Below are positions 22,614 through 34,371 of a stretch of 64,000 nt of DNA, piece by piece; position 1 is the stretch's first letter; every line of letters begins with the position of its first letter. The DNA is from Flectonema sp. DT1601. Its lineage: Eukaryota. Position numbers and translations under genes: made by a program. The stretch spans positions 1,178,001-1,242,000 of the forward strand of contig OZ025791.1 of NCBI GenBank assembly GCA_964019425.1, in the 5' to 3' direction. The notes below the pieces were generated by a model. The model was not told the origin of the DNA and ran no database searches. It saw only the letters and a program-made list of their open reading frames with translations.

Positions 22614-25124
22614 TTAGGAAAGTTCGTCTTTAACCCTCTTCACAGCAGGGCCTTCTGCTTTTTTTGTCTTCTTCCTTATTGGGTCAGCAGCACACACCTT
22701 AAACATGTTGCACGCTACTTGCAGCATAGCATCAACATGTCTGTGAACCATTCTTGATCGCTGCTTTGTCAGTAGGCGGGATGTCACTTTGAATGTCCGT
22801 TCAACATGTGCCTCTGATGCAGCGATTCTACACAGTGACATGTAGAACTGTGTAAGGTGGGGAACAACCTTGCTACCAATTTCCCTCCAGAATATTGCTG
22901 CATCCTTCTTCTGATGTGCTTTCTTTTGCCTCTCTACTGTAGCTGTTGACAACTCAGAGATAAGGGTGGTGCTGAACCCATGTCTTACCAGCCACCCTGC
23001 AAAGTAAGGCTGCATCAGGTTCTGCTGCTCCTCATTCAGACCCATCCCCTGCATTGCCCTTAACATCTTAAGAGCATCAAAACTGAAGTTAGACACAATG
23101 CGGGTGTTCAGGGACTGCAGTGCACTGCTTACCAATTTTGATACCTTTGGATCACTTATTGCTTTCCATTTCCGTGTCACATACCCCAGCTGTCCCAGCA
23201 CATCCTGCAACCCTGCCGAGTCACGCTGGAGGTTATCAGTTGCATATGCAACTGGCTGCACCAATTTTGCAGCAGTTTTCATCTTCTCGATGTCTGCTGC
23301 ACAGCAAGGAAACAGGCGTTGTTTCCCCTTGCGTTTCAGCAGGAGATCTTCAAGTCTCACTGCCCGAACCCAGCAGTCGTACACTGTGTTCCATCGGGTA
23401 CTGCCTATGCGTTTAAGTTGCAGAGGGCTTCCCTTTCGACCCTTCTGCACCTCAAGGAACAACTCCTTCCTTTTGGGGGTTGCCATCTCCTCTGTCAGAT
23501 CCTTCACCTTATTGTATGCCGTTGAGAGGAGGGGGATACCATTGATGAGATCCTTCATTAACAGCTGCAATGAATGTGCTGCACATCTGATAGTGAGGAG
23601 CTTCTCCTTCCCTGCAGCCTGAAGCATCTGCTCTAGAGCATCTGCGTCAATGCCCTCTGGGTCTTCTTCTCCTGCACTTTCACAAGATGCTGCACTGTCA
23701 TTGTCAGTGTCTTCTTCAAGACTCTCCATCTCTGTGATGGTTTATTAAATCTTAGTTTGTAAAATGTTGGGCAGCAGGTAATGTTTGCTTTTTTAGATAC
23801 ATACTAACTGGAAGTGCTGCTTCCTTCAGGGCATTCTGCATGCTCTTTGCATTGTCAGCACAGAAGGCAAGTGGGACAACATTAGCTTCAAGTAGCTCAG
23901 TAGTGATGCTTCGAAGTACCTTCAAGGCATCTGCAGCAGAAAAGCTGGTAACTACTACACTTCTAAAAAACAGGGCCATATGGCCATTGTGAATACTGAA
24001 GTTCAGCACTCGTCGCTTTCCAGGTAGTGTCGCCCCATCAAACATAATTGTAACATCATCGCCTTCAAACCGCTTAAGCAACTTCTGACGGCAGGTATTC
24101 CCAAGCTTCTCAATGTGGGCAAGCAGACTACACCTGCAGGTGCAGACGTAATGCCAGTGAAAGTTGGATCTTCAACCACTTGCAGGGCTATCTTATTTTG
24201 GCAGAAGAACACAGCTATTTTGTCCATCATGCTCTGTTGGTGTGAGACATTGTACAAACACTTGATGTTTCTAAAGAAATTCAATGGTTTACATACCAAG
24301 TCTTTTAAAACACACAGATCAGTGGTGGAAGTGCCATGTGTTACCCCCAACTCCTTAGGCTTCCCGCTTCCTGGGAGGTTGTGATGACAACGCAAGTGTG
24401 CCCGCAGGTTACTTGTTCCAGCGTTTTTCTTCCCTGAGCCTCCATTCTTCATCCTAATCTCACCGCAAATGTTGCACTTGCCCCTATCCCCATTATCAAC
24501 AAACCAACCACCCTCACCAAAGAGTGGTCGGTCAGCCTGTGTTGCCCCAACCTCCAATCCCCCCTCCTTAGCTTCCTGTGGAATTGGCACAGCTGGTATC
24601 TTGGGAAGTACTTCAGGCATGCTCTCCTTCGGCTTACTATCAAGGATATTGCGAATCCTCTCCTCCTTTGCATTCCACACCTCAGTTGCATCTCTGCACT
24701 TCTGTTCTGCATCATCTACCTCTGCTTTTAGTCGCTTCACTTCATTTTCCATCTCCCCATGTTCGGATTCAAGTAACCGCTTCTCGTTCTCAATCTCTAG
24801 AACCCTTGTTTCCAACTCTGTAACTTTCTCTGAGCTGCCTGTCTGCAACACATTTGCTAGAGTTGCGTGTGTAATTTGTGCTACCTGCAGTTGAATCCCT
24901 TCCGCTAGGGAAGAATGTTGTTTCTTTAGGGCACTGCACTCATCTTGCAAGCTAAGTAATTCCTTCTCAGCAGCAGTGTTTGACTCCTGCAGTTTCTGCG
25001 TTACTGCTTCATGCTCTTCCTGCAGCAGCAACTGCTCTTCATGCATTGCACCCTGGAATGCCTGGAACTCAGAGTCCCTGTAGCTTTGTTGGGCTACAAG
25101 ATGGTGTTCTTGCAACTTTTCCAC
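22614..25124 (-). pseudogene. hAT-superfamily transposase (coiled coil, BED Zn finger, DDE core, hAT dimerisation domain), frameshifted, with probable introns
   Basis: CNIC...GTSNLRAHLRCHH (BED), TIMFDG, ADNAKSM, RCAAHSLQL, STRWN, ASEAHVERTF. Candidate introns 24234-24296 (63 nt) and 23732-23804 (73 nt), both GTATGT...ACAG; frameshift near 24135. Confidence 0.85.
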
Positions 25125-25956
25125 TGCAGTTATACCATCGTCAGTAGAAATGTTACTGAATGATGACTCCTCCTATGATACAACCATGAGAATTCAGAGT
25201 GTATTAAAATACTAGAGGTGCATCACAAGCGTCAGATAGGAGACAAGAGAAATCCAACATCATGAATCTTTAGAAGAGTGATACAGCTCGGTATGTGTGC
25301 AGGGCCGGGTCACCTACGCAGAGACAAGTCTCCGCTACACGTCGTACCAACCAAGATGAGATATGAGAGCGCAAAAACCATGATCAGCGGCCTAGGGCTT
25401 GACATGAATAGCTGTGGAGTGGCGAAACCATTTAGTGTTCTCAAGTCTGAGATCACCTCACTGAGCCACACAGTACTGTCCTTTCGGAGTTTCTGTGAAA
25501 GTAGCCCACGGAACACTTTTCTAAAGATTCAATCAGCCGAACTACTCCGCTACTGACTTTCACTTGATTAGCGAGCTACTAGTATATATTATTATGTCAC
25601 CTGTTGAAAAGGGAGTACTAAGAGGTTGATTCAGGCCCTGCACGTATTAGTTGTAATTACAGCACTTGCTTTACCTTAAATTACTCCTTCCCTCATTGAG
25701 AACCAACCCATCTCGGCCATCCCGGTGTATTTGGGAACGAAGAAAAACCTTGTTTTCTTACCGAACAGCGAAAAATCCGAATATCACTTTCAGTGAATAG
25801 CGAAAGAAAAACCTTTCCGTTTACTGAACAGCGAAAATGAAATTACCTACCATAGCAATTTTATACGGGAAAAAAAAAGTTGTTCACTAGCGAAAAGTTT
25901 TTTGAGGAAAAAAAAAAAAAAATTCATTTTGCCAACAAAAAAAAATTTTTTTTTTT

Positions 25957-26154
25957 GCTGTCCATTTCGGAAACTTTCGTGTGTGGAGCTGTCCATTTCG
26001 GAAACTATTTTGTGTGGAGCTGTCCATTTCGGAAACTTTTTTGTGTGGAGCTGTCCATTTCGGAAACTATTTTGTGTGGAGCTGTCCGTTTCGGAAACTT
26101 TCATGTTGAGATCGGACATTTCAGTAACATTTACGTGGAATTAGAGGTTTTCCC
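25957..26154 (-). repeat. Right TIR of the MULE with five ~31-bp units
   Basis: Reverse complement of the left TIR with two extra units. Confidence 0.85.
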
Positions 26155-26350
26155 TTTCATTTTTTCTAACTGTAAAGGTCACTTTTGCCTTGTAAGCTGT
26201 GCATTCTTATTAGGAACCCCTCAGAATACTGAAAATGAGCTTGATAGGAGTGCTGCAGAATTTTTTTGACAGCTTAGGTTCATATGGCGGAACAAGACAA
26301 GTCCCGACGGATAGACTAACAACAACGACGTCTATCACGACCGAGAAGCC

Positions 26351-27280
26351 ATGGAGGGAGAAGTTGATAGTTATAAGAGCATGTTATGCCGGACTCTACT
26401 CGCACTAACTTCAGCAACATTGACACTGGAGGACGAGTCCCTTTCTATTATTACTACTACTGCGACCCCGTCTGTTACAACCCTTTCGACTGTTTCGATG
26501 AAATTGTCAGATGCGCTATTATTATCGTCATCATCATCGCAATCTACTACGGCATCATCGATATCGTCGTCATCACAATCATTGTCATCATCATCATCAT
26601 CATCATCATTCTCCTCATCATCCTCAACGCTGTCACTAACTGGTAAACAGGCAATTAGAAAGATAAGCAATGAGGAATTCCCATCAGACCTAGTACTCCA
26701 TGTAGAAATGGAAGATAAAGCGACGCAATTTCTAGCATGGAGGATCGCAGATGCAAGCGTTCAGACAGAATCCTGGGAGACGGACATCATTCTGAATAAG
26801 CTTCAGGCATCACTGATGGAGAACCAGTCAACCTTCCAGCGACTTGCTCATGAGAACAATGTCTTAAAGCAATCGCTAATTGAAGAAAAGACTGAGTCAG
26901 GTTGGCTTAGGCTTGCTGCTCAACAGGCAGAGGCTAAGACTTATGTGGAAACAGAAACGCAATCTGTACCACAATGCTTGAGTGCTGTGACACAGACGGA
27001 GATCCACAGACTCGATGCAAAGAGAGAGGCAGAGTTCAGTAGAAGATTCTACAAAGCTGAACTTTCTGAGTCTACTTCGATAAAGTGGATACATAAGCCA
27101 CGAAGTAGATCGGCAGGGACTGTATGCTCCACCAGACAGGTTCATGATGTGTTCTCACAGACATCAGGACAGCGTCTTTATGAGTATATTTTAATGACAA
27201 CGCAACCACAATCACAAAAGGGCATGCATCGTCTCAGACTTATCGGAGTTTGTCAGAACTATTTGTCACAACTGAGCTAA
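26351..27280 (+). CDS. Hypothetical 309-aa protein, Ser-rich (TCA microsatellite), short coiled coil, TQT-like motifs; may be a gene remnant
   Basis: Long ORF with a (TCA)n tract at about 26525-26625; no recognisable family; a repeat insertion starts at 27341. Confidence 0.35.
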   Translation: MEGEVDSYKSMLCRTLLALTSATLTLEDESLSIITTTATPSVTTLSTVSMKLSDALLLSSSSSQSTTASSISSSSQSLSSSSSSSSFSSSSSTLSLTGKQAIRKISNEEFPSDLVLHVEMEDKATQFLAWRIADASVQTESWETDIILNKLQASLMENQSTFQRLAHENNVLKQSLIEEKTESGWLRLAAQQAEAKTYVETETQSVPQCLSAVTQTEIHRLDAKREAEFSRRFYKAELSESTSIKWIHKPRSRSAGTVCSTRQVHDVFSQTSGQRLYEYILMTTQPQSQKGMHRLRLIGVCQNYLSQLS

Positions 27281-27340
27281 CAAAACAAGCCCGACCATCT
27301 CTGCCAACATTGTCTGTTACAAGTCAAACAACACAGCAAT

Positions 27341-28340
27341 TGAGTTGAATTACCAGGTGAGATTTGGACAGTTAGCTTTTGGCTAAGGCCCTCCCTGAAG
27401 AGCAAGAACAAAAAAACTACTCACACCTGAAGAAAACATACACAGAGAACACACTGTAAGCTGTGTGTGTATTTTATGTTTGTCACAACAGGAGAGAAAA
27501 GAAAGAATGTCAAGGTTGGTCACCTTGCCTATCAACGCACAACATTGGTGGTCTCTACTAGACCCTGAGTGATCCCACTGGATCTCTCATCGTTCATAGT
27601 ACCCTGTGTGAAGTTATAAAATCAAAGGTAAACTATGAACTACAAATGACTTAGCCTGTTATTATAATGCCACAGGCAGGCCCTGCATTCAGCAACTATC
27701 CAGCAGTGCTTGGATGTCCTGATCTTCTTCTAAAAAAAAAGAAAGAAAAACAAAACTGTAGCTGGGATCACTCAGGATCAACAGACTACCAATGCTACCT
27801 GTTGTACTTGCTCACTATGGGGGGTGATGCCAAACACCCAGAAGTACTAAACTGCTTTCCTTCTTGCTGCCCAGGGGTTTCTGACCAGAACTAATAGAAA
27901 ATAAAAACAGATGGGAAACAGTAAAAAGTAAAATGAATATAACTGAAGTTAAACAAGAATGTTGGTCCTAGACAAGACCTTAAACTGACTAACCGGTCTT
28001 AATTTTAACTAAGTGTTAACCTAGTTTCCTAGTTTCTAATATGAAATCTTTTTTCTTTTTTTTCTTTTTGAACAAAATGTAATTATTAATGTAAAAAAAT
28101 GAAGAAACAGACCAGAACAGATAGAGAATAAAAAGAAAAGATAATTGCAAGAGTTATTGTAGTAAAAGATTACAAATAAAAAAAAATGCAAGTATCGACA
28201 CATGATTTAATTACACCAGCAGCTAACAAACAACATAAAATTGAAGATCAGTTGCCAGAGTATTTCAACCATGGTAGAATACTCGCCCCTCTGGCAGGGA
28301 TTATCCCAGACTTGTCCTTTAATCTAGTTGGACACCATGG
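27341..28340 (-). mobile_element. Partial diverged copy of the 1371-bp element family, with a ~140-bp insertion
   Basis: Reverse complement of the 56539-63942 array unit, from TGAGTTGAATTACCAGG to GGACACCATGG. Confidence 0.85.
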
Positions 28341-28883
28341 GAAGTTTGTGAGTCAGGTTCTCGATGCCTTCTCGCAAACCACGAGACAACTTCTCTTTGA
28401 ATATATTACAGTGACAAGCCAGCCTCAACATCAGCAAAGGTTGCGTGTTACGTCACAGTCATACCAACAACTCCAACCGACTCCACCGAGGTTATTTGTA
28501 GTGTCAAATGTGAGCTGCCAACGACAGGCAAGTAAACCAGTCCTGTGCGCGTCGATGGAACTGACACTTTTGCATCCACCGACTCCACCAACTTTGTACA
28601 TTACAACTGAAACAATTCAACAAGATGGTTTTGACATCGGAGCGATTTTTGGGAATGAAACACCATTAGAAAGTAGTAAGAAAGTAGTAATCTTCCCACC
28701 TTCGCGAGTTTCACCGGTGTTATTAGATGATCTTGGATCAGGCATTGGTATTCTTGGGAACGTGAACCGCTTCTTGGACACAAATCACCCAGCAGACTTT
28801 CCAAATGAGAACGGGAAGCGCACGGCAATACCAGATGAAGAGACAAACGATGTAAACAGAAGATGCCTGTTTGACACTCCAAA

Positions 28884-29357
28884 ATGTCAAGCAGACACAC
28901 CTTCACATGGGCAGAAACTGACTATGTGTCTGCACAAGAACTAGGTACCTTTTGCCAAGCCCACATTCCCCACCCCCGCTGCGGTCACACAACGAGCAAT
29001 GTAGCCGAGTCTCTGAACGCGGTCTTAGTCCCCCTTCGGAGTTTAAATTACATCGACCTGATGGAGGGAACTCGCAGACACGCTCTGCACAAAGCAGTGA
29101 CGAGAATGGAGGAGTTTGCTGCAGAGGTAGAAGGTTGTAGCAAGCTGCGATCCCTTGCCCCTGTCAAGCGGGTACGCAGCAGCTTGAAGGCGAATTACGC
29201 TACGGCACGGAAGGACCACACGGCGAGGGTAAGGGAGGGGGTGTATGAGGTGGAGGATGGGGAGTGGAGATGGACCGTAGATCTTAACGAATTGAGCTGC
29301 ACATGCAGCAGTTTCCAAGAGTACGGTGTTCCGTGCTCACATGCTATGTCCGATTGA
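28884..29357 (+). pseudogene. MULE/MuDR transposase C-terminal fragment with SWIM Zn finger
   Basis: TTSNVAESLNAVL..LR.L and YEV....WTVDL..LSCTCSSFQEYGVPCSHAM (CxC...CxH SWIM). Confidence 0.85.
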
Positions 29358-29437
29358 GCAGTTCAGTGATCGGGAGCCATTGGATGCGGCCTACAGTTTT
29401 GTGAAACAGAAATTGTGGGTAAAAACAGCAGCAAAGG

Positions 29438-29867
29438 CTGTTTTTTGAGCTTGTAAAAGCCCTCTGTGGTCGCGGAAAATACACAAACAACCCGCATCAT
29501 GGCACAGCAGGTTCAGACACACAGGAGGATTACCGCATCGGGGTTGATAAGCTCGAAAAATACAAATAACATCGATCCCAGATCATGGAACTTCATTAGT
29601 AACAGTGCAGCTACTTAGATCAGACCTGTTGGGCTGGATCTATAAACTTCCACCTCTTTACCCCACCAGCCTGGCATACTGGATTTTGGGAAGTTGGCGG
29701 TTTAGGAACATCACAAGGAATTTTGTAGTTTTGGAGAATGTGATACCTTTTGAAATATGGGTAAGCACAAAGCGCTTGGTTGCATCGCTCACAGTAATCT
29801 AGTGATTGTGCGCGCTTTGCGCGAACTGCACACTGACGAGCCTTTTCCATCTTTCCGGGTAGTGTCC
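29438..29867 (-). mobile_element. piggyBac internal fragment (cysteine-rich domain end), inverted
   Basis: Near-identical reverse complement of about 32244-32673. Confidence 0.85.
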
Positions 29868-30476
29868 CCTGGTAACTTAACTCATTCTTTGTCAGTTTTG
29901 GCATCAAACCTGTAATGGTTACATTAACTACCATTTCAACAGGTTATTTACTTAATTATTTGTTCTAAAAGTTGCTAAGTATTTCTCACTTAGAAATTTT
30001 TTATTTTTTTATTTTCAGCTCAATTAGCTACAAAGTGTTTCTACTAAGTGTTTCTCACTTAGATTTTTTTTTTGCTTTTCAGCTCCTTAAAAGCTGCTAA
30101 GTATTTCTGCTAAGTGTTTCTCACTTAGAATTTTATTTTTATGTTCGTTTTCTATCCCTTCTCCTATCCCTTTTGTTCAAAAAAAGCGGGAGGAAATTCT
30201 CTCATTCACGCTAAGATGCACTCTGAACTTTGATTTTTTGATCTGAGTGTGAGGGAATGACCTGTTAGTGCATTGGGCATAGGCTGGGCTGCAGTTTAGA
30301 TGTCTTAGGTGTTAATAGGGGGTTCCTCTTAGCATTTTTCTTTGTTCCCACCTTATGATTTTCTTGAAGAAAAAAAATAGAAGTCATAATGGTGCTTCCC
30401 TCTGGAAGGGTTGTAAGCCATGGTGTCCAACTAAATTAAAGGACAAGTCTGGGATAATCCCTGCCAGAGGGGCGAG
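29868..30476 (+). mobile_element. 1371-bp family, first part of a copy, interrupted at GAG^TA by the GAATTTC-head element
   Basis: Matches the array unit from CCTGGTAAC to GGGGCGAG. Confidence 0.85.
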
Positions 30477-30852
30477 GAATTTCGATAAAGTGGGAAGTAA
30501 CGGACTGGGAGCTTTTGGCTCCTGCCCTATTCCCGATGTAAACTTTCTTTTTTTTTTTTTTTTTTTTTAACAGGCCCAAAGGGCGACAATGATGGTTGCT
30601 GACCAAGGAATAATATTCAAATGAATTTTCGTTTCAAAGAAACGAACAGAATTAAGAGAGAGGCAGAGAAAAAAAAAATATGAAGAGGAAATAATCAAAC
30701 ATGAAAAAATAAAAATAAAAAAAAATAAAATATAAATAAAAAACGTTGTATGAAAAAGGAAAAAAAGAAAAAAAAAAAAAAAAGACCAGAAAAGGAAAGA
30801 GAAAATGAAAAGGTATAATATTATTGTGGGGATATGAGGATAGCAGGGAAAT

Positions 30853-30883
<31 letters not shown>

Positions 30884-31306
30884 ATTTATTATTTAAAAAA
30901 AGGAAACAATCAGTTTAGCGTCTCGATCAGGATGGAAAATAGAAATTAATCGACATAGTCGATCGATAGAAAAAAAACAATGATAACATTGTTTATTCTT
31001 TTTTTTTTTTTTTTTTTTAAATCCTTTTAATTATTTTAAAGAAAAAACAATCAGTTTAGCGTCTTGACCAGGACGGAAAATAGAAATTAATCGACATAGT
31101 CGATCGATAAAAAAAAAAACAATGATAACATTGTTTATTCCTTTTTTTTTTTTTTTTTTTATATTCTTTTTTTATTAATTTTGAAAAAAAAAAAACAGTC
31201 GGTTTAGCGTCTTGACCAGGACGGAAAATAGAAAGTGATCGACATAGTCGATCGATAAAAAAACAATGATAACATTGTTTATTCTTTTTTTTTTTTTTTT
31301 TTTTAA
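30477..31306 (+). repeat. GAATTTC-head element plus three triple-hairpin satellite units
   Basis: Starts GAATTTCGATAAAGTGGGAAG; units CAGTTTAGCGTCTTGACCAGGACGG...ATCGACATAGTCGAT...AACAATGATAACATTGTT. Confidence 0.85.
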
Positions 31307-33049
31307 CCCTTACACCACCGGAGCTGATATATCAGTCTGAAAAAAAAATTTTTTTTTGCTAAGTGAAAATTTTGCATTTCTGAGTACAACGATTTCACGG
31401 GAGAGGTATTATTGCGATGTCTTTTATGTTCCTTACGTGTTGCGCCGCAATAGTTTTTATTAAATGGTAAATTTTCCATTTGCTAAAGCTGGCCAAAATC
31501 AACTTGGGAAATATGTCGGTCCACAGTTCTGATGAGGATGCAACAGTATTTGTTAATCCATCGTCGGTGTGCTCCGATTCGTCACTTGACGAAGTATCTG
31601 ACTCCAAATGGGGAGGGGAGGTAACAAGGGTTACCAAGAATAAAAACGCGTTTCCAAGAAACGTTAAAGATTAGAGTTGCACGCAAGTCGGAGCTGCAGG
31701 TTTTTGAGCTTTTCTTCAGATAGTCAGTTTTCCAGCTGATGAAGAAAAACTCTGAGGTCTATGCCTCACAGAGGGGAAGAAAATTTAAAACCGGTACGCA
31801 GGAGCGAAGGGCCTTTGTTGGCACAACACTACTGACGCGCCTCCCAATAAAATCTAACCTGGGGGATTCCTGGGGTTTGAATGACATGCTGTTGACCCCC
31901 CTGTTGTTCTTTCCGCAAGTGTTTTCACGTAATCGCTTTGCCGAAATACTGAGGAACTTACACTTCTCTGCGATATTACCTGCTCCCGAGCATGAGGATC
32001 CGAAGTGGAGACGTGTATTTTGAATTCCTTTATCCTGATGCGACGTGGGCATGGTGGAATTTGGACGGATAGTAGTGAATCTGGCTGGAGAAGCAAGAGA
32101 TTCTTATCCTTCAAATTGGCTTTGTTTTGGGCAGCTTAGGTACATTTAAACGTACCAGAGCGGCACCAACACTATTAATAACACCATCACTACCGCCTTC
32201 TCCACAATCAGTATCAATCCCTGATCGCCTCAAGCCAGCTTTGGGACACTACCCCGGAAAGATGGAAAAGGCTCGTCAGTGTGCAGTTCGCGCAAAGCGC
32301 GCACAATCACTAGATTACTGTGAGCGATGCAACCAAGCGCTTTGTGCTTACCCATATTTCAAAAGGTATCACATTCTCCAAAACTACAAAATTCCTTGTG
32401 ATGTTCCTAAACCGCCAACTTCCCAAAATCCAGTATGCCAGGCTGGTGGGGTAAAGAGGTGGAAGTTTATAGATCCAGCCCAACACGGTCTGATCTAAGT
32501 AGCTGCACTGTTACTAATGAAGTTCCATGATCTGGGATCGATGTTATTTGTATTTTTCGAGCTTATCAACCCCGATGCGGTAATCCTCCTGTGTGTCTGA
32601 ACCTGCTGTGCCATGTTGCGGGTTGTTCGTGTATTTTCCGCTACCACGGAGGGCTTTTACAAGCTCAAAAAACAGGGAAAAAATCTGATTTTTCGATTTA
32701 ATATCGGCCGTGATTTGGCATTCTCTTTACTTGGGCTCCCTCTGACATGATGTTGCGCAGAAACATCATCCCTTTCAAAATACGGGAAGGGAATAACATG
32801 CAGCTGCTATGAATGGAAACCGTTGAGTACGTTATTGCGACACTGCCGACTTTGTTAGTTCTGCTGAATGTGCAACAACGCACCAAGGTACGCACCGTTA
32901 GGTGTGTGGGTGACAGGTGCTATTGACCCGTAGGAGTAGTTGTGTCCGGTTTGGTACATAGGTTTTCTGGGGGGGTACCTTTTCTCTTTTTGAAAAAACA
33001 GTAAAATTTTGGACCCGTCGTTTTGGGGGTTCTTACGGTGGTGTAAGGG
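31307..33049 (+). mobile_element. Non-autonomous piggyBac element, 1743 bp, 14-bp TIR CCCTTACACCACCG, TTAA TSD
   Basis: TTAA at 31303-31306 and 33050-33053; perfect TIRs; decayed transposase pieces FSRNRFAEILRNLHF and CERCNQALCAYPYFKRYH. Confidence 0.92.
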
Positions 33050-33075
33050 TTAAATTCTTTTTATTTATTTTTTAA

Positions 33076-33850
33076 CCCTTTAATAAGAGGCCAAAAACCC
33101 TGTTTTTGAGAAAAATCGAAAAATTTGACAAAGGGGAAAAGGGGTGTGGGGAAAAATACAAAAAAATTACAGGGTGAAAGACACCCCCCCGCGCATTGAA
33201 AAAAAACTGAGGTCAGCCCGCAAGGGGGCCAAAATAACTTGAGAAAATGCAACAACAGCCTAAAAAAACACTGTTGCTTAGGACCCCTGGGTTCGCTTTG
33301 ATTTTGGCAATGTTGTAGGAGTAGAGTGCTTCCGTTTCATGTTTTTCGGTGGGATATGATTGTGTGTGGCAAAGGTATGGTTGTTGCAAACAGGGGCTGA
33401 ATACTTGTCAATATTTTCGTGATATTGTTCGAAGCAGGGATCCATGCATAAGAAAACCTCGCTTTTTGAACAAGAAGTCGATGACCTTACTTTTTTTGAG
33501 AACAAATCCGTGAACTGCAGTCCCCAAAAATATCAAATTTTCGTAGGTAGTGACATTTTGTGTGAGTTTGGTGTGTTCCATGATCAATAAGTTGAGAACA
33601 TGGCCTTTTTTTGAACTGAGCATATGTCCCGACGTCTTTTTCAGACTTCTTTTGGAGGGTGAAAACATTGAAGATAGAAATCTCTAACAAGCAGTGAAAG
33701 ACTTTCAGGGTCCAGCGTTTTGTCATCAGAGTTCTTCTTGCCTTCCCCCTGATACCGTCTACAAGGTCAACACCACCCATTAGTTTGTTGTACTGATGGA
33801 TCTGTACCGGTAAGTCGCGAGCAACACGGAAATCACGACACTCATTAGGA
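33076..33850 (-). pseudogene. Second piggyBac family: one terminus (TTAA|CCCTTT) plus transposase C-terminal fragment
   Basis: YNKLMGGVDLVD...KRWTLKVFHCLLEISIFN and a frameshifted Cys-rich domain (VFLCMDPCFEQYH). The other end is not found. Confidence 0.85.
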
Positions 33851-34371
33851 ATCTCGGCGGTGTATCGGCTATCGGCAAGATTGTCATAGTCTATGTACTC
33901 CCCGAAAAGAATGAAAAATTCAATCCACCAGAACCGATCAATGCGATGACTGAAGTTCAGAAAAATGCTACATCCGTAGTTGGATGGCCCGACCCAAAGA
34001 TAGAGGGGTTTGACTACTCTGATGATGCTGAAGTCAGCGTTGATCTCTAGTAGTGCATCTGGCAGCACCGATACAAAAAGAAAAGTAACAAAGAAAACCA
34101 CAAACAAAAAGAAGTAGCTTCTCTGCATTGATGTGCAGGTAAACGAAGACTTTTCCTCCTGCCACCCAGCCCCGATAAAATCTCGCCCGCAATTGAAATC
34201 GTACTGTCGTGCTTCTAAGCACCTTTACGATAAGAACACTAGTGTGAAAGTGAAATGTTGCAGTCATAAAGTATTTCTCACAGGAAACATGACCAATGAA
34301 CTCACCTTTCGTTTGTTCGTCATCACATAATAAGGTGTCACATCGAGCAAGCTGCTGTGGGGTGTTGCATT

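Larger units (their letters stand above)
21656..26154. mobile_element. Mutator-like (MULE) element, 4499 bp, long imperfect TIRs, 9-bp TSD TTTCATTTT
   Basis: Left end GGGAAAAACTATAATTCCAC, right end reverse complement GGGAAAACCTCTAATTCCAC. TTTCATTTT is present at both 21647-21655 and 26155-26163. Long G-initiated TIRs with a 9-bp TSD are typical of Mutator. Confidence 0.85.
27480..33075 (+). repeat. Segmental duplication, copy 1 (offset 6987 bp)
   Basis: Identical ORF sets recur at +6987; one substitution noticed (30910 T vs 37897 G). Confidence 0.9.

Noticed and set aside
28186..28944. 252-aa ORF as a real gene (also 35173..35931)
   Set aside because: Chimeric: the first ~52 codons come from the 1371-bp repeat and run across the junction at 28340.
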